A stretch of DNA of 64,000 nt, from NCBI GenBank assembly GCA_965223725.1, contig CBDCXE010000005.1, forward strand, positions 448,809 through 512,808. Direction: 5' to 3'. Every line of letters starts with the position of its first letter. Within the stretch, counting starts at the first letter, position 1. Shown in pieces: positions 9,987-19,652 of the stretch. Source of the DNA: Nitrospinota bacterium. Lineage in GTDB: Bacteria; Nitrospinota_A; UBA7883. The notes under the pieces are model-generated. The model did no database searches, was not told the DNA's origin, and was given only the letters and a program-made list of their open reading frames with translations. The translations under genes were made by a program, and so were the position numbers.

Positions 9987-10071
9987 CGTGATATCCTGAT
10001 ACGACCAAGTATATCAAAGAAATAGAAATCGTGGCTAATATTTGCAACTGTAATCTTTAAGATATTATAGT

Positions 10072-10339
10072 TAGCAATATTCAGACCAAAATCGCCAAAA
10101 CTGCATCCCTCAAATGCTTCTTTTGCCTCAAATCCCTCATATGCCTCAAATCAACCAAATGCTCCATTTACCTCAAATGCTTCAAATGCCTCACCTGCTG
10201 TTTACTTGTGCGAATACTCATTTATATTTGTATGTAATGCGTGATAGGCGCAGAAATGGTAATAGGGAAAAGAATTATGATGACGAAAATATATAGCTGT
10301 CGCGACCCGGCGTAGAGCTTGCCACCTTACATTGATGAC
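10072..10339 (+). repeat. Copy B of the intergenic direct repeat family; contains about 8 degenerate 10-bp-periodic CCTCAAATGC-like units
   Basis: It shares the same ordered blocks as copy A. The internal array at about 10106-10195 reads cctcaaatgc/ttcttttg/cctcaaatcc/ctcatatgcc/tcaaatcaa/ccaaatgctc/catttacctc/aaatgcttca/aatgcctcac. Confidence 0.7.
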
Positions 10340-10438
10340 AGGCCTTAAGTGGCTTTCCGCTGCCCCATGGAAGTTGACTTTCATCGATAGCGCGCATAAC
10401 CTGTATCTACGAAAACTTGTAATGAATAACGGATTAAT

Positions 10439-11469
10439 ATGAGTAGAGTAGAAACAGCAGACGATACAACAGCCGCGTTGGAGCTAATTAAAAATGCGGA
10501 AGCCAAAGCGCTCGATAATGAGCCGTTGACCTGGGAGGAGGCGATCGACCCTGATCAATCTCGACGCCGCCCATATCTACGACCTGATCGCCAGCGCCAA
10601 CAGGGTGCGGATGCATTACAAAGGGAACGAAGTCTCGCTCTGTTCCATCATCAATGCCAAGTCGGGTGAGTGCCCGGAGGATTGCGCGTTCTGCTCACAA
10701 TCATCCGCGGCCACCACCGACGCGCCGGTGTTCGATTTCGTATCGCCAGAAACTGTGGTGGAAGGCGCGAAAGCCGCCAAAAACGACGGCGCCCACAAGT
10801 TCGGCATCGTCACCTCCGGCTACGGATTTTCCGGCAAGGGGCCCGAAGAAACGGTTGACCGAGATAGAGCAAGCGTTGGCGCATATGAAGGATGAAGTGA
10901 ACATACAGCGATGCGCCAGCCTCGGCATCATTGATGAAGCGACCGCCAGACGCTTAAAAGATGCGGGTGTGGAAGAGTATCACCACAACCTGGAGACGGC
11001 CCGTTCGTTTTTCCCGAACATCTGCACCACCCACGATTACGAAGAAGATGTGGCGACGGTGCGGGCCGTGAAGTCGGCTGGGTTGAAGGCGTGTTGCGGC
11101 GGAATTTTTGGCATGGGTGAGAGCAGGGAGCAGCGGATCGAGATGGCGTTCACCATCAAGGAGCTGGATGTCGATTCGATCCCGATGAATTTCCTCAACC
11201 CGATCAAAGGGACACAGCTGGAAAACGCGGAGCCGATGGCGCCGTTCGAGATACTGAAAACCATTGCGGTGTATCGTCTAATATTCCCGGACAAGGATAT
11301 CAAGCTGGCCGGCGGACGCGAAAAGAACCTGCGCGATCTGCAGTGCATGATGTTCGCAGCCGGCGCCAACTCGACGATGATCGGCAACTATCTGACCACG
11401 TTCGGTCGGCCCGCCAGCGAGGATCTGCAGATGATCAATGACCTTGGGTTGACAGTTAAAAAAGAGTGA
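10439..11469 (+). pseudogene. bioB: Biotin synthase gene disrupted by two +1 frameshifts (either a pseudogene or sequencing errors)
   Basis: BioB homology runs across three reading frames (ORFs 10439.., 10605.., 10654..). The radical-SAM motif CPEDCAFCSQS and the C-terminal region are present. One shift is an extra C at about 10549-10551 (gaccctg versus the expected gacctg). The other is an extra A at about 10845 (gaagaaacgg versus gaagaacgg). Confidence 0.8.
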
Positions 11470-12627
11470 GCGAGCTTTTTCAAGATAAGCTGAACAGGGC
11501 GGATTCGGAAGGGCTCCGGAGGCGGCTGCGAACCATCGAATCGGATCAGGGCAGGGCAGTTATAATCGATGGACAGGAAGTCGCGCTGTTTTGCTCTAAC
11601 AATTACCTAAGCCTTTGCAACCACCCGGATGTCGTAAAAGCAGCAAAATTTGGCATTGAAAGTTATGGCTGGGGTTTCCGGCGCTTCCCGATTGGTATCG
11701 GGAACCATGACACCCCATACCGAATTTGAACGGCAGGTTGCTGAGTTTCTCGACAAGCCATCGGCGCTGCTGTTCGGCTCTGGTTATGCGATTAATGTTG
11801 GTGTGTTGACCGCATTGGCGGGGCGAGGTGACCATATATTTGCAGACCGGTTGAGCCATGCCAGCCTGCTGGATGGCGCGCGATGGAGCGGGGCGACGCT
11901 GAAACGGTATGCGCATAACGACCCCGATTCACTGAAGGGTTTGCTGGAGAAGGCGCCGGGAAAGGGCAAGAAAATAATCGTTACGGATGGTCTGTTTTCC
12001 ATGGATGGTGATATTGCGCCTCTGGCAGAGCTTGCGAATTTGGCTGAGAAATATGGCGCTGTTTTCATGGTAGACGACGCACACGGTTTTGGAGTATTTG
12101 GTGAACGTGGTCAAGGTACAATACATGCCGCCGGTGTCGCTGGTCGTGTCGATATACATATCGCTACTCTGGGCAAGGCGCTGGGCGGGTTTGGGGGCTT
12201 CGTGGCAGGCTCTAAAAGTTTGATAGACGGCTTGATTAATTTCTCCCGATCGTTTATCTATTCAACAGCTCCACCTGCTGCTGTGGCTATGGCTGGTATT
12301 GCGTCACTCGATATCGTGGTGAGCGATGAGGGTAAACAGCGAAGAGAAGCGGTGATGAACAATGCAGACTCAGCGGTTCGTGGTCTGCGGGAAATGGGCT
12401 ATAATACGGGGGAGTCGGTGTCGCCCATTATCCCTCTGTTTATTGACTGGGAGTTCGATCCAGCGGATGCAACGCCACAACTGCTGGAAACGGGAGTATA
12501 TATCCCTATCATCCGGCCGCCGACTGTGCCGAAAGGAAAAGAGCGGTTCAGGATATCGGTGATGGCCGACCATACCGAGGACGATATTAAAAAATTGTTA
12601 AACGTGTTTTCAGGTTTGAAAAAGTGA
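11466..12627 (+). pseudogene. bioF: 8-amino-7-oxononanoate synthase gene disrupted by one +1 frameshift
   Basis: BioF/KBL-family homology is split between ORF 11466..11729 and ORF 11650..12627. Removing one T from ggtttcc at about 11662 restores ...ESYGWGSGASRLVSGTMTPHTE... The PLP-lysine region ATLGKALGG is present. Confidence 0.8.
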
Positions 12628-12647
12628 CAGGCAGGATATAAGGAGAA

Positions 12648-14090
12648 ATGATGGCATATGAAACGGTAATCGGGCTGGAAGTTCATGTTCAGTTATCGAC
12701 AAAATCAAAAATATTCTGCGCGTGCGACACCAGCTTCGGGGCGAAACCGAACGAGAACACTTGCCCGATTTGCCTTGGGTTCCCCGGCGTTCTGCCTGTG
12801 CTAAACAGGGAGGTGGTGGAGCGGGCCATCAAGGCGGGGTTGGCGACCAAATGCACAATCGCCGAGCGGACAAAGTTCGACAGGAAAAACTATTTTTACC
12901 CGGATCTGCCCAAAGGCTATCAGATATCGCAGTATGACATGCCGATTGCCGAAAGGGGGAGCATAGAAATCTCGCTCGATGGCGACCGCAAGACTATCGG
13001 CATCACCCGGATACATATGGAGGAGGACGCGGGCAAACTGATCCATGGTGAGAACATGGGCGACCCTGATGCCAGCTATGTTGACCTGAACCGTACAGGC
13101 GTGCCGCTTCTGGAGATTGTTTCCGAGCCGGATATACGCTCGTCCGACGAGGCGAAGAAATATCTGGAGAAACTAAAAGCTATCCTTGAATATCTGGAAA
13201 TTTCGGACTGCAACATGGAGGAGGGCTCACTGCGGTGCGACGCCAATGTTTCGATCCGCCCCGTGGGTCAGGAAGAGTTTGGAACCAGGACAGAGCTTAA
13301 GAACATGAATTCGTTCCGGTTTTTGCAAAAGGCGGTTGATTATGAGGTAGAGCGGCAGACCCAGGTGCTGGAAGAAGGTGGGAAGGTAATACAGGAGACG
13401 CGGCTATATGACTCCGACAGGAACGTGACGCAATCGATGCGGAGCAAGGAAGAGGCGCACGACTATCGATATTTCCCGGAGCCTGACCTGGAGGCGGTGT
13501 TGATTGGTGAGGAGTGGATAGAAAGGACACGCGCCGAACTGCCGGAACTGCCTGATGAAAAACGACAGCGGTTTGTGGAGCAGTATGACCTGCCAGAGTA
13601 TGACGCCGAGGTGCTGACCGCCAGCCGGGCGCTGGCCGACTATTTTGAAACTGCGGTGAAAGGCATTGAAGGGCAATCGAAGACGGTATCCAACTGGGTG
13701 ATGGGTGATGTGCTGCGGGTGATGAAGGAGGAGAACCTGATGCCGGAGCAGATGAAGGTGAAACCAGGGATGCTGGGGGAGATGATCGGGCTGGTCGATT
13801 CCGGTTTGATCAGCGGGAAGATCGCCAAGACAGTGTTTGACGAGATGGCGGCAAGCGGTAAAGCGCCTGGTGTGATTGTGGAGGAGAAAGGCCTGGCCCA
13901 GATCAAGGATGAATCGGCGCTGGAAGGGGAGATCGACAAGATGCTGGCAGAGAATACTGAACAGGTGGAAAGCTATAAAAACGGCAAGGTTAAGCTGTTC
14001 GGGTTTTTCGTAGGGCAGGTGATGCGTGTCACCAAAGGCAAGGCGAACCCGGAAATTGTTAACCGCATACTGAAGGAAAAGCTTGGATAA
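12648..14090 (+). CDS. gatB: Asp-tRNA(Asn)/Glu-tRNA(Gln) amidotransferase subunit B
   Basis: 480 aa. [24 protein letters not shown] is the typical GatB N-terminus, and a C-terminal GatB/YqeY domain is present. Confidence 0.95.
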   Translation: MMAYETVIGLEVHVQLSTKSKIFCACDTSFGAKPNENTCPICLGFPGVLPVLNREVVERAIKAGLATKCTIAERTKFDRKNYFYPDLPKGYQISQYDMPIAERGSIEISLDGDRKTIGITRIHMEEDAGKLIHGENMGDPDASYVDLNRTGVPLLEIVSEPDIRSSDEAKKYLEKLKAILEYLEISDCNMEEGSLRCDANVSIRPVGQEEFGTRTELKNMNSFRFLQKAVDYEVERQTQVLEEGGKVIQETRLYDSDRNVTQSMRSKEEAHDYRYFPEPDLEAVLIGEEWIERTRAELPELPDEKRQRFVEQYDLPEYDAEVLTASRALADYFETAVKGIEGQSKTVSNWVMGDVLRVMKEENLMPEQMKVKPGMLGEMIGLVDSGLISGKIAKTVFDEMAASGKAPGVIVEEKGLAQIKDESALEGEIDKMLAENTEQVESYKNGKVKLFGFFVGQVMRVTKGKANPEIVNRILKEKLG

Positions 14091-14997
14091 TCCTGACCCG
14101 GACCTGTACAAGGAGCTGACCGGGCGAATCATCGCCCATCATGGCCGGTTTGTGAAAATCGCCACGGATGACGGCCTGCTGGAATGGAAGCCGCCCCACA
14201 AAGCGAACTGGGTCGTAGGCGATTTCATCGAATTCGTCAAGGGTCGTCCGAAAAAAATTAAAAAACGAATCAATGAACTTTCGAGGGTCGGCTCGCGCAA
14301 GGGATTGCGGCAGGCGTTGGCGGCGAACCTCGATTGGCTGGTTGTTGTTACCGCATGCGGTGAAGCGTTCAAGCCGGGATTGATAGATCGGTTCGCGGTG
14401 GCCGCGCACAATGCCGGGATAGATATGATGATCGTCCTGAACAAAATCGACCTTGATAATAGCGGTAAGCATAGTGAACAGGTTGAGGTTTACAGAAGTT
14501 TCGATTTCCCAGTCTATCTCACATCTGCAGTTACCGAGGCAGGGGTCGAAGAATTATCTTTAGCCTTAAGCGGTTCTATTTCATCGTTTGTGGGTCATTC
14601 CGGAGTTGGCAAGTCTTCGATCATAAACCTGCTGGCGCCAGGCGCAGAACGGACTGTGGGGGCTATCCATGGAGAGACTGATCGGGGCAGGCATACCACG
14701 TCGAACCCAATGATGATTCCGTTGCCTGATGGCGGCGCCATCATCGATTCGCCCGGGGTCCGGCAGTTTTCACCCACGGAAATTGCGCCGGCAGAGGTGG
14801 CGCTTAGTTTTCCAGGTTTTGCGGGTTTAACTGGATCTTGCAAGTTCAGGGATTGCCTGCACGTTACAGAACCGGGTTGCGCCATTTTGACGGCTGTTGA
14901 TGTAGGCGTGGTCAGTCAGGAGCGTTACGCCAGCTATAAACGTATACTGGAGTCTGTGAAGTATGATGAAGAGCCACACTGGCGCTCCAACAGTTAG
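14083..14997 (+). CDS. rsgA: Ribosome small-subunit-dependent GTPase A (circularly permuted GTPase)
   Basis: 304 aa. The G-motif order is permuted (NKIDL before GHSGVGKSS), and a C-terminal zinc finger [14 protein letters not shown] is present. Confidence 0.9.
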   Translation: MDNPDPDLYKELTGRIIAHHGRFVKIATDDGLLEWKPPHKANWVVGDFIEFVKGRPKKIKKRINELSRVGSRKGLRQALAANLDWLVVVTACGEAFKPGLIDRFAVAAHNAGIDMMIVLNKIDLDNSGKHSEQVEVYRSFDFPVYLTSAVTEAGVEELSLALSGSISSFVGHSGVGKSSIINLLAPGAERTVGAIHGETDRGRHTTSNPMMIPLPDGGAIIDSPGVRQFSPTEIAPAEVALSFPGFAGLTGSCKFRDCLHVTEPGCAILTAVDVGVVSQERYASYKRILESVKYDEEPHWRSNS

Positions 14998-15004
14998 TGA
15001 TCAC

Positions 15005-15469
15005 TCAGGCTACTAAAGATAGCCGTCGTATACCGAGGAGCCTGCTTTTAGGATAGCGGGATACGTTTACCGAGTCGGACTGATTGCCACCGAGCACAAG
15101 GATTTTGCTATCTTCCATCCCAGCCAGAAACCCGACGTGACCCGGAGCAGCGATAATATCCGGGCCGGGCTGATTACCTGACCCTCGTTTCAGAACTACC
15201 ACATCGAAACCTGGTTCCGAATCATCCAAGGTAACCGGTAGACCAACAGCCAACCAGGATCGCGCCCTAAGGCTCTTCGATCGGGGCAGACGCAACAGCC
15301 ATGCCACATAATTCACAAACGCCGAGCACCAGGGCACCTCATCCCCATCTGGCCATTTCTGATCGAGACGGAGCATGGCGAGAATATGGTCGTTTGACGC
15401 GGCCCCGGCGATTTCTTCTATCCCGACAAACCTTTGGGCCAGGCCGAATGGTGTGATTTTTATTTTCAT
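15005..15469 (-). CDS. Conserved hypothetical protein, TIGR02594-like (putative CHAP/NlpC-like fold)
   Basis: 154 aa. The WCSAFVNYV Cys-containing motif, length and organisation resemble the TIGR02594 family. The assignment is from memory only. Confidence 0.5.
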   Translation of the reverse strand: MKIKITPFGLAQRFVGIEEIAGAASNDHILAMLRLDQKWPDGDEVPWCSAFVNYVAWLLRLPRSKSLRARSWLAVGLPVTLDDSEPGFDVVVLKRGSGNQPGPDIIAAPGHVGFLAGMEDSKILVLGGNQSDSVNVSRYPKSRLLGIRRLSLVA

Positions 15470-15653
15470 AATTTACGCATGCCATAATTAATCATTGATC
15501 CTATATAATAAATTAATATAAGTAAATATTATATTACTATAAAGCCAGGGGCCGGTCAAGGCTAATATTCAATGCAATGAAAACTGGCTCGCTTTTAGGC
15601 CGTATAGAGTGTTATTGTAAAATTAATAACTTCATAAAAAGGTATCTTTTATT

Positions 15654-16097
15654 ATGAGCAAATATCTGCTATCCATATTATCTGTATTCGTATTGTTGAC
15701 GGCAAATAAGATATCCGCCCAAGAGCCTGTGTTGATAGAACTGACCCAGACCCCTTGCCAAATTGTTGAATCTGAATTGAAAGAAGCGACCTACGACGGC
15801 AAAAGCAAAGCGGAATGCAAAGCCATAAATGAGGCCACCGCAGACGATCGCCCATTTAAAACATTGAAACTGAAACCAGGCAAAACGATATTTAGGGTTA
15901 GCAACAAGAACGTTAACTATCCCCTCGGTTTTTGGGTCCGTGGCCAAGGGCTGAATCGGCTTGCATTGCCATCTGTATCCGGAGGAGGCCTGGGGACCGG
16001 TAAAACAAAAGATTATGTAATTGATCTGGAGCAGGGCAGCTACTGGTACAGCTGTCCTTTGAACATTACCCCTGACTATCCACTGATAGTTGAATAG
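15654..16097 (+). CDS. Secreted hypothetical protein with a signal peptide
   Basis: The N-terminus MSKYLLSILSVFVLLTANKISAQE is followed by a Cys-containing, probably beta-rich domain. It lies in a low-GC islet and has no recognised family. Confidence 0.5.
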   Translation: MSKYLLSILSVFVLLTANKISAQEPVLIELTQTPCQIVESELKEATYDGKSKAECKAINEATADDRPFKTLKLKPGKTIFRVSNKNVNYPLGFWVRGQGLNRLALPSVSGGGLGTGKTKDYVIDLEQGSYWYSCPLNITPDYPLIVE

Positions 16098-16148
16098 CGC
16101 TGGTTGCTGGCTCGCCTGTAAAGCTGTGTTAACTCCAGCCGGACTTAA

Positions 16149-17315
16149 ATGGTTTTGATATTGAAAAAGGTTTTTGAATTAAATCATTCCTGCCTTATAT
16201 TGCTGGTCATTTTTCTGATTACATCGACCTTTGTCATATTTAAATCAATCGACCGCTATACAGTTGTTGGTAACGAGATGATTGTGGACCCTGCCTTTTC
16301 TGAAGATCTGGATAGGTGGAAACTGAAAATAAGGGGCAACGCAAAATATTCGATAGAAAACGGCGCCATAACCTTGACACTGGATGACAAAAGTCAAGCG
16401 ATAAGCGCCTCCCAGTATTTAAATAACCTTGACCATATCTCCCATGTGCGCCTGTCCGGCATGGTGAAAACAGAAAATGTGACGCAAGGAGAGAAAAGCT
16501 GGCACTCCGCCAGGTTGGTGCTGGCTTCCAAAAGCAGAAAAGGAAAGTGGCTTTGGAATTTGCCCCATGAAGTTACAGAGCTGAACGGGACCAACGACTG
16601 GAACCATTATTCCGGGACATTTAAAATATTTGACTATATCGAGTTGATTAGTCCAAAAATAACCATAGCGTTTGCGCCCGGCTCCATGTCTGTTCGCGAC
16701 GTAAGTCTGCTGCCTGTGGAAGAGAGAGCGGGCTTTACCGTTATTTACTATTTACTATTGTTATGCTGGCTGTTTATCGGATTACTTATATTTTATCCCA
16801 TATCCAGAAGCAGCGGAGGCAACTGGTTAAATATATCTGTCGCGATAACGGCGGCCCTTATTTTGCTTTTGGTGACGTTGCCCGCCCAGCTTGTTAAGGA
16901 GGTCAAAACCGAGTTGCAATCGCTTATGGAGGATTATGGGTCAACTAAAGAAAAACAGAAGAAAACAACGGTGCAAAAGATCAATTTACCTAAAAAACAG
17001 AAAACAGAAAAGCAGGGTGTATCATTACCTGAACATGAATGGGAGCTGTTCCATAAAGGCGCCCATATAGCAATGCTTGCATCATTAGCGTTACTGACGT
17101 TTTTAGTCTGGCCAAAAGTAAACGGCTTTATTCTGATTACTGATTTGGCGCTGTTTTCCGCGGCGGCAGAAGCCGTTCAGTTGTTTCCCTATGGAAGAAA
17201 TGTCGAGTTTATAGGCTTTTTTAGTAATCTGCTCGGAGTGTTGGCGGGCTGGCTGGTTTACAAACTGATTATGCTGTTCAGACAAAAAGCAAAAGACGCC
17301 CAGCTAGCTAGCTGA
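16149..17315 (+). CDS. Membrane protein with an N-terminal carbohydrate-binding-module (CBM)-like ectodomain and a C-terminal VanZ-like domain
   Basis: It has an N-terminal TM segment, a roughly 170-aa beta-sandwich-like region (NGTNDWNHYSGTF), several TM helices, and a C-terminal AAAEAVQLFPYGRNVEFIGFFSNLLGVLAGW that matches the VanZ motif (E..Q.F.P.R...D...N..G). Confidence 0.6.
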   Translation: MVLILKKVFELNHSCLILLVIFLITSTFVIFKSIDRYTVVGNEMIVDPAFSEDLDRWKLKIRGNAKYSIENGAITLTLDDKSQAISASQYLNNLDHISHVRLSGMVKTENVTQGEKSWHSARLVLASKSRKGKWLWNLPHEVTELNGTNDWNHYSGTFKIFDYIELISPKITIAFAPGSMSVRDVSLLPVEERAGFTVIYYLLLLCWLFIGLLIFYPISRSSGGNWLNISVAITAALILLLVTLPAQLVKEVKTELQSLMEDYGSTKEKQKKTTVQKINLPKKQKTEKQGVSLPEHEWELFHKGAHIAMLASLALLTFLVWPKVNGFILITDLALFSAAAEAVQLFPYGRNVEFIGFFSNLLGVLAGWLVYKLIMLFRQKAKDAQLAS

Positions 17316-17549
17316 AGCGCCCTTACCCATTTTTTCTATCATACCTTCGATCTCGCCTTCATAAGGAAAGCGATCACCCGACGCATCTTTGGAAAAAATC
17401 AGTTCTCCATCGACCGTGATATCGTACACACCCCTGGTGCCTGGTATCAGCTCTACTTCACATTCAAACTTTTTCTTTAAAATATCCGCCAGACTGGCGG
17501 CCCTCGGCTCGTAGTTTCACATAGTGCAAAAGTTGATCGAAACCTTCAT
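17304..17549 (-). CDS. selW: SelW/Rdx-family selenoprotein with an in-frame UGA (Sec) at codon 11
   Basis: Reverse-strand translation gives MKVSINFCTM-U-NYEPRAASLADILKKKFECEVELIPGTRGVYDITVDGELIFSKDASGDRFPYEGEIEGMIEKMGKGASAS, with a CxxU redox motif. The RBS aaaggagagaag sits just before the ATG. A hairpin CCGCC-AGUCU-GGCGG with G and U in its loop lies about 17-30 nt after the UGA, consistent with a bacterial SECIS. It is missed by the ORF track because of the TGA. Confidence 0.75.
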
Positions 17550-17656
17550 CTTCTCTCCTTTCTGATGATTAGGGTTTCATTATACACTATGTCGCAATGC
17601 AGACCCGGCATATGCAATAATACACCGATCCATAAAAATTAAATGGTTGAATAAAA

Positions 17657-19627
17657 ATGGAATTTACACGCGAGATTTACTGGAACGTCGGGAGCGGGGT
17701 TCTGGTTCCGATGTATCTGATCACGCTGGTTGCGGTTGCTGTTCTGGTCTATGGTTTCGTCGCCCGCTACCGTATATACAACAAAGGAAAACCTCTGGAA
17801 AGATCGTCCAATAAATCCGCTCGCCTGATAAACAGCCTGACCGACGTACTTTCACAGCGCAAGGTGATGCGGGCCTCCCATGTCGGGCTCACCCATTCAC
17901 TGTTCTTCTGGTCCTTCATTCTGCTGTTTATCGGCACCACGCTGATTTTTATTCAGGTCGACATAACCGGTCCGCTGTTCGGCTACAAGTTTCTGAAAGG
18001 CGGCTTCTACAAGGCATACTCGCTAATTCTGGATATCGCTGGCCTGGTCGCGATATTGGCGATAACAACCTTCTCTGTCCGCAGATATATATTTCGACCG
18101 GTAGGATTAGAAAGTAAGCCAGGCGACCTGCTGATGTTGGTTTTGCTTATGGGTGTGCTAATCACCGGGTTTATGGTCGAGGGTCTGCGTATGGCTGCGA
18201 CAGAGCTGCATACCAATATGGAGCTGGCATATTATTCGCCGGTGGGCCTGGCTGTTGCAAAAGTGTTCTTCCGTTGGAGCGATGAATCTCTCCGATCATT
18301 ACACACAAACCTGTGGTGGGTCCACTTCGCTTTTGTCATCGGATTTTTCATCTCCATACCATTCACAAAGTTCCGGCACATGTTCCTGATACCGGTAAAT
18401 TATTATTATACCAATCTTGGGCCCACCGGCGCCTTGACCACCATGGACCTGGAGGATGAAAGCTTGGAGAGCTACGGCGCCCAGACAGCGTATGAGCTGA
18501 ATTGGAAGGACCTGCTCGACTCCAACGCGTGTGTGCTGTGCAAAAGATGCCAGGACAACTGCCCCGCCTACGCCACCGGCAAGCCGTTGTCGCCCATGAA
18601 AATAATCAGCGTGATCGATGACTCGCTGTCCACGCAATCTGAAAGCACGCTGATAGAGATGGAGACGCCGGAAGCGTTGTGGTCTTGTGTGACCTGCAGG
18701 GCATGCGAAGAGGTCTGTCCCGCCTCCATAGAGCACGTGGACAAGATCGTGGAGATGCGACGGTATCTGGCGCTGATGGATGGCAAGTTCCCTGGCGATG
18801 AAGTTACAACAGCCATGAATGATATCGAGGTAAGCGGCAACCCACTGGGTATGGCGCCCGCGTCCAGGGCGGACTGGGCGAAGGAGCTTGAGCTATCAAA
18901 CGGCGAAGGCGCGGACATCATCTATTTCACTGGTTGCTACGCCTCATACGATAAACGTAACAACTTGGTCGCCCAAAGCTTTATTCGGATAACGCAGGCC
19001 GCAGGAGTCAAGCTCGCAATATTGGGCAATGACGAAAAATGCTGCGGCGACCCGGCCAGGAAAATGGGCAACGAATACCTGTACCAAACCATAGCGGCGG
19101 AGAACATCGAACAGTTGAACAACAATGGCGCAAAGAAAGTGGTGACCACCTGCCCCCACTGTTTCAATACGCTCAGCAAGGATTATCGCGACCTGGGGCT
19201 CGAGCTGGAGGTGGAGCATTACACGACGTATATTCATAAACTGCTGAGTGAAGGATCGCTAAATATAAACTCAAAAACCATCGACGTGACATATCATGAC
19301 TCCTGCTATATGGGCAGATACAACAACATTTTTGATCAACCCAGGGAGCTGTTAAACTCCGCCGGGGCCCAGATTACGGAGATGGAGAAGAGCCGTGATT
19401 TCAGCTTCTGTTGCGGCGGCGGTGGTGGAATGATCATGGCGGAAGAGAAGGGAGATGAGCGGATAAACGCCCACAGGGTCAAAATGGCGGAGAAGACGGA
19501 AGCGGGAGTTATCGTCTCCAACTGCCCGTTTTGCCTTACAATGTTTGAAGATGGTGTGAAAACGACCGGCCTGGATGGCAAGCTGACACCAAGGGACATG
19601 GCGGAGATAATAGCCGAACGCTTGTAA
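17657..19627 (+). CDS. Membrane-bound FeS oxidoreductase (HdrD/GlpC/DsrK-like) with an N-terminal integral-membrane domain, 2x[4Fe-4S] and two CCG Cys-rich domains; candidate ETF:quinone oxidoreductase
   Basis: 656 aa. About 6 TM helices carry conserved His residues. CVLCKRCQDNCP and CVTCRACEEVCP are two 4Fe-4S cluster motifs, followed by the CCGDP...CPHC and CCGGGGG...CPFC CCG domains. It sits directly upstream of etfBA. Confidence 0.9.
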   Translation: MEFTREIYWNVGSGVLVPMYLITLVAVAVLVYGFVARYRIYNKGKPLERSSNKSARLINSLTDVLSQRKVMRASHVGLTHSLFFWSFILLFIGTTLIFIQVDITGPLFGYKFLKGGFYKAYSLILDIAGLVAILAITTFSVRRYIFRPVGLESKPGDLLMLVLLMGVLITGFMVEGLRMAATELHTNMELAYYSPVGLAVAKVFFRWSDESLRSLHTNLWWVHFAFVIGFFISIPFTKFRHMFLIPVNYYYTNLGPTGALTTMDLEDESLESYGAQTAYELNWKDLLDSNACVLCKRCQDNCPAYATGKPLSPMKIISVIDDSLSTQSESTLIEMETPEALWSCVTCRACEEVCPASIEHVDKIVEMRRYLALMDGKFPGDEVTTAMNDIEVSGNPLGMAPASRADWAKELELSNGEGADIIYFTGCYASYDKRNNLVAQSFIRITQAAGVKLAILGNDEKCCGDPARKMGNEYLYQTIAAENIEQLNNNGAKKVVTTCPHCFNTLSKDYRDLGLELEVEHYTTYIHKLLSEGSLNINSKTIDVTYHDSCYMGRYNNIFDQPRELLNSAGAQITEMEKSRDFSFCCGGGGGMIMAEEKGDERINAHRVKMAEKTEAGVIVSNCPFCLTMFEDGVKTTGLDGKLTPRDMAEIIAERL

Positions 19628-19652
19628 AGATGATAACCAAAGGAGTAGCAAG

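Noticed and set aside
10085-10200. Short periodic repeat array, considered as a possible CRISPR array
   Set aside because: The units are only about 10 bp and degenerate, with no separate repeat and spacer structure. There are no cas genes in the window, so it is not CRISPR.
3033-10345. Considered calling the repeat-flanked block an integrated mobile element or genomic island
   Set aside because: There are no integrase, transposase or recombinase genes and no tRNA at the boundary. The repeats are only about 70-75% identical. Only 'accessory module flanked by repeats' can be supported.
13404-14132. 242-aa minus-strand ORF inside gatB, plus the many 60-170-aa ORFs antisense to gspD/E, the RND pump, purA, serA and others
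   Set aside because: All overlap strongly supported genes on the opposite strand and have biased, repetitive composition. They are treated as non-coding.
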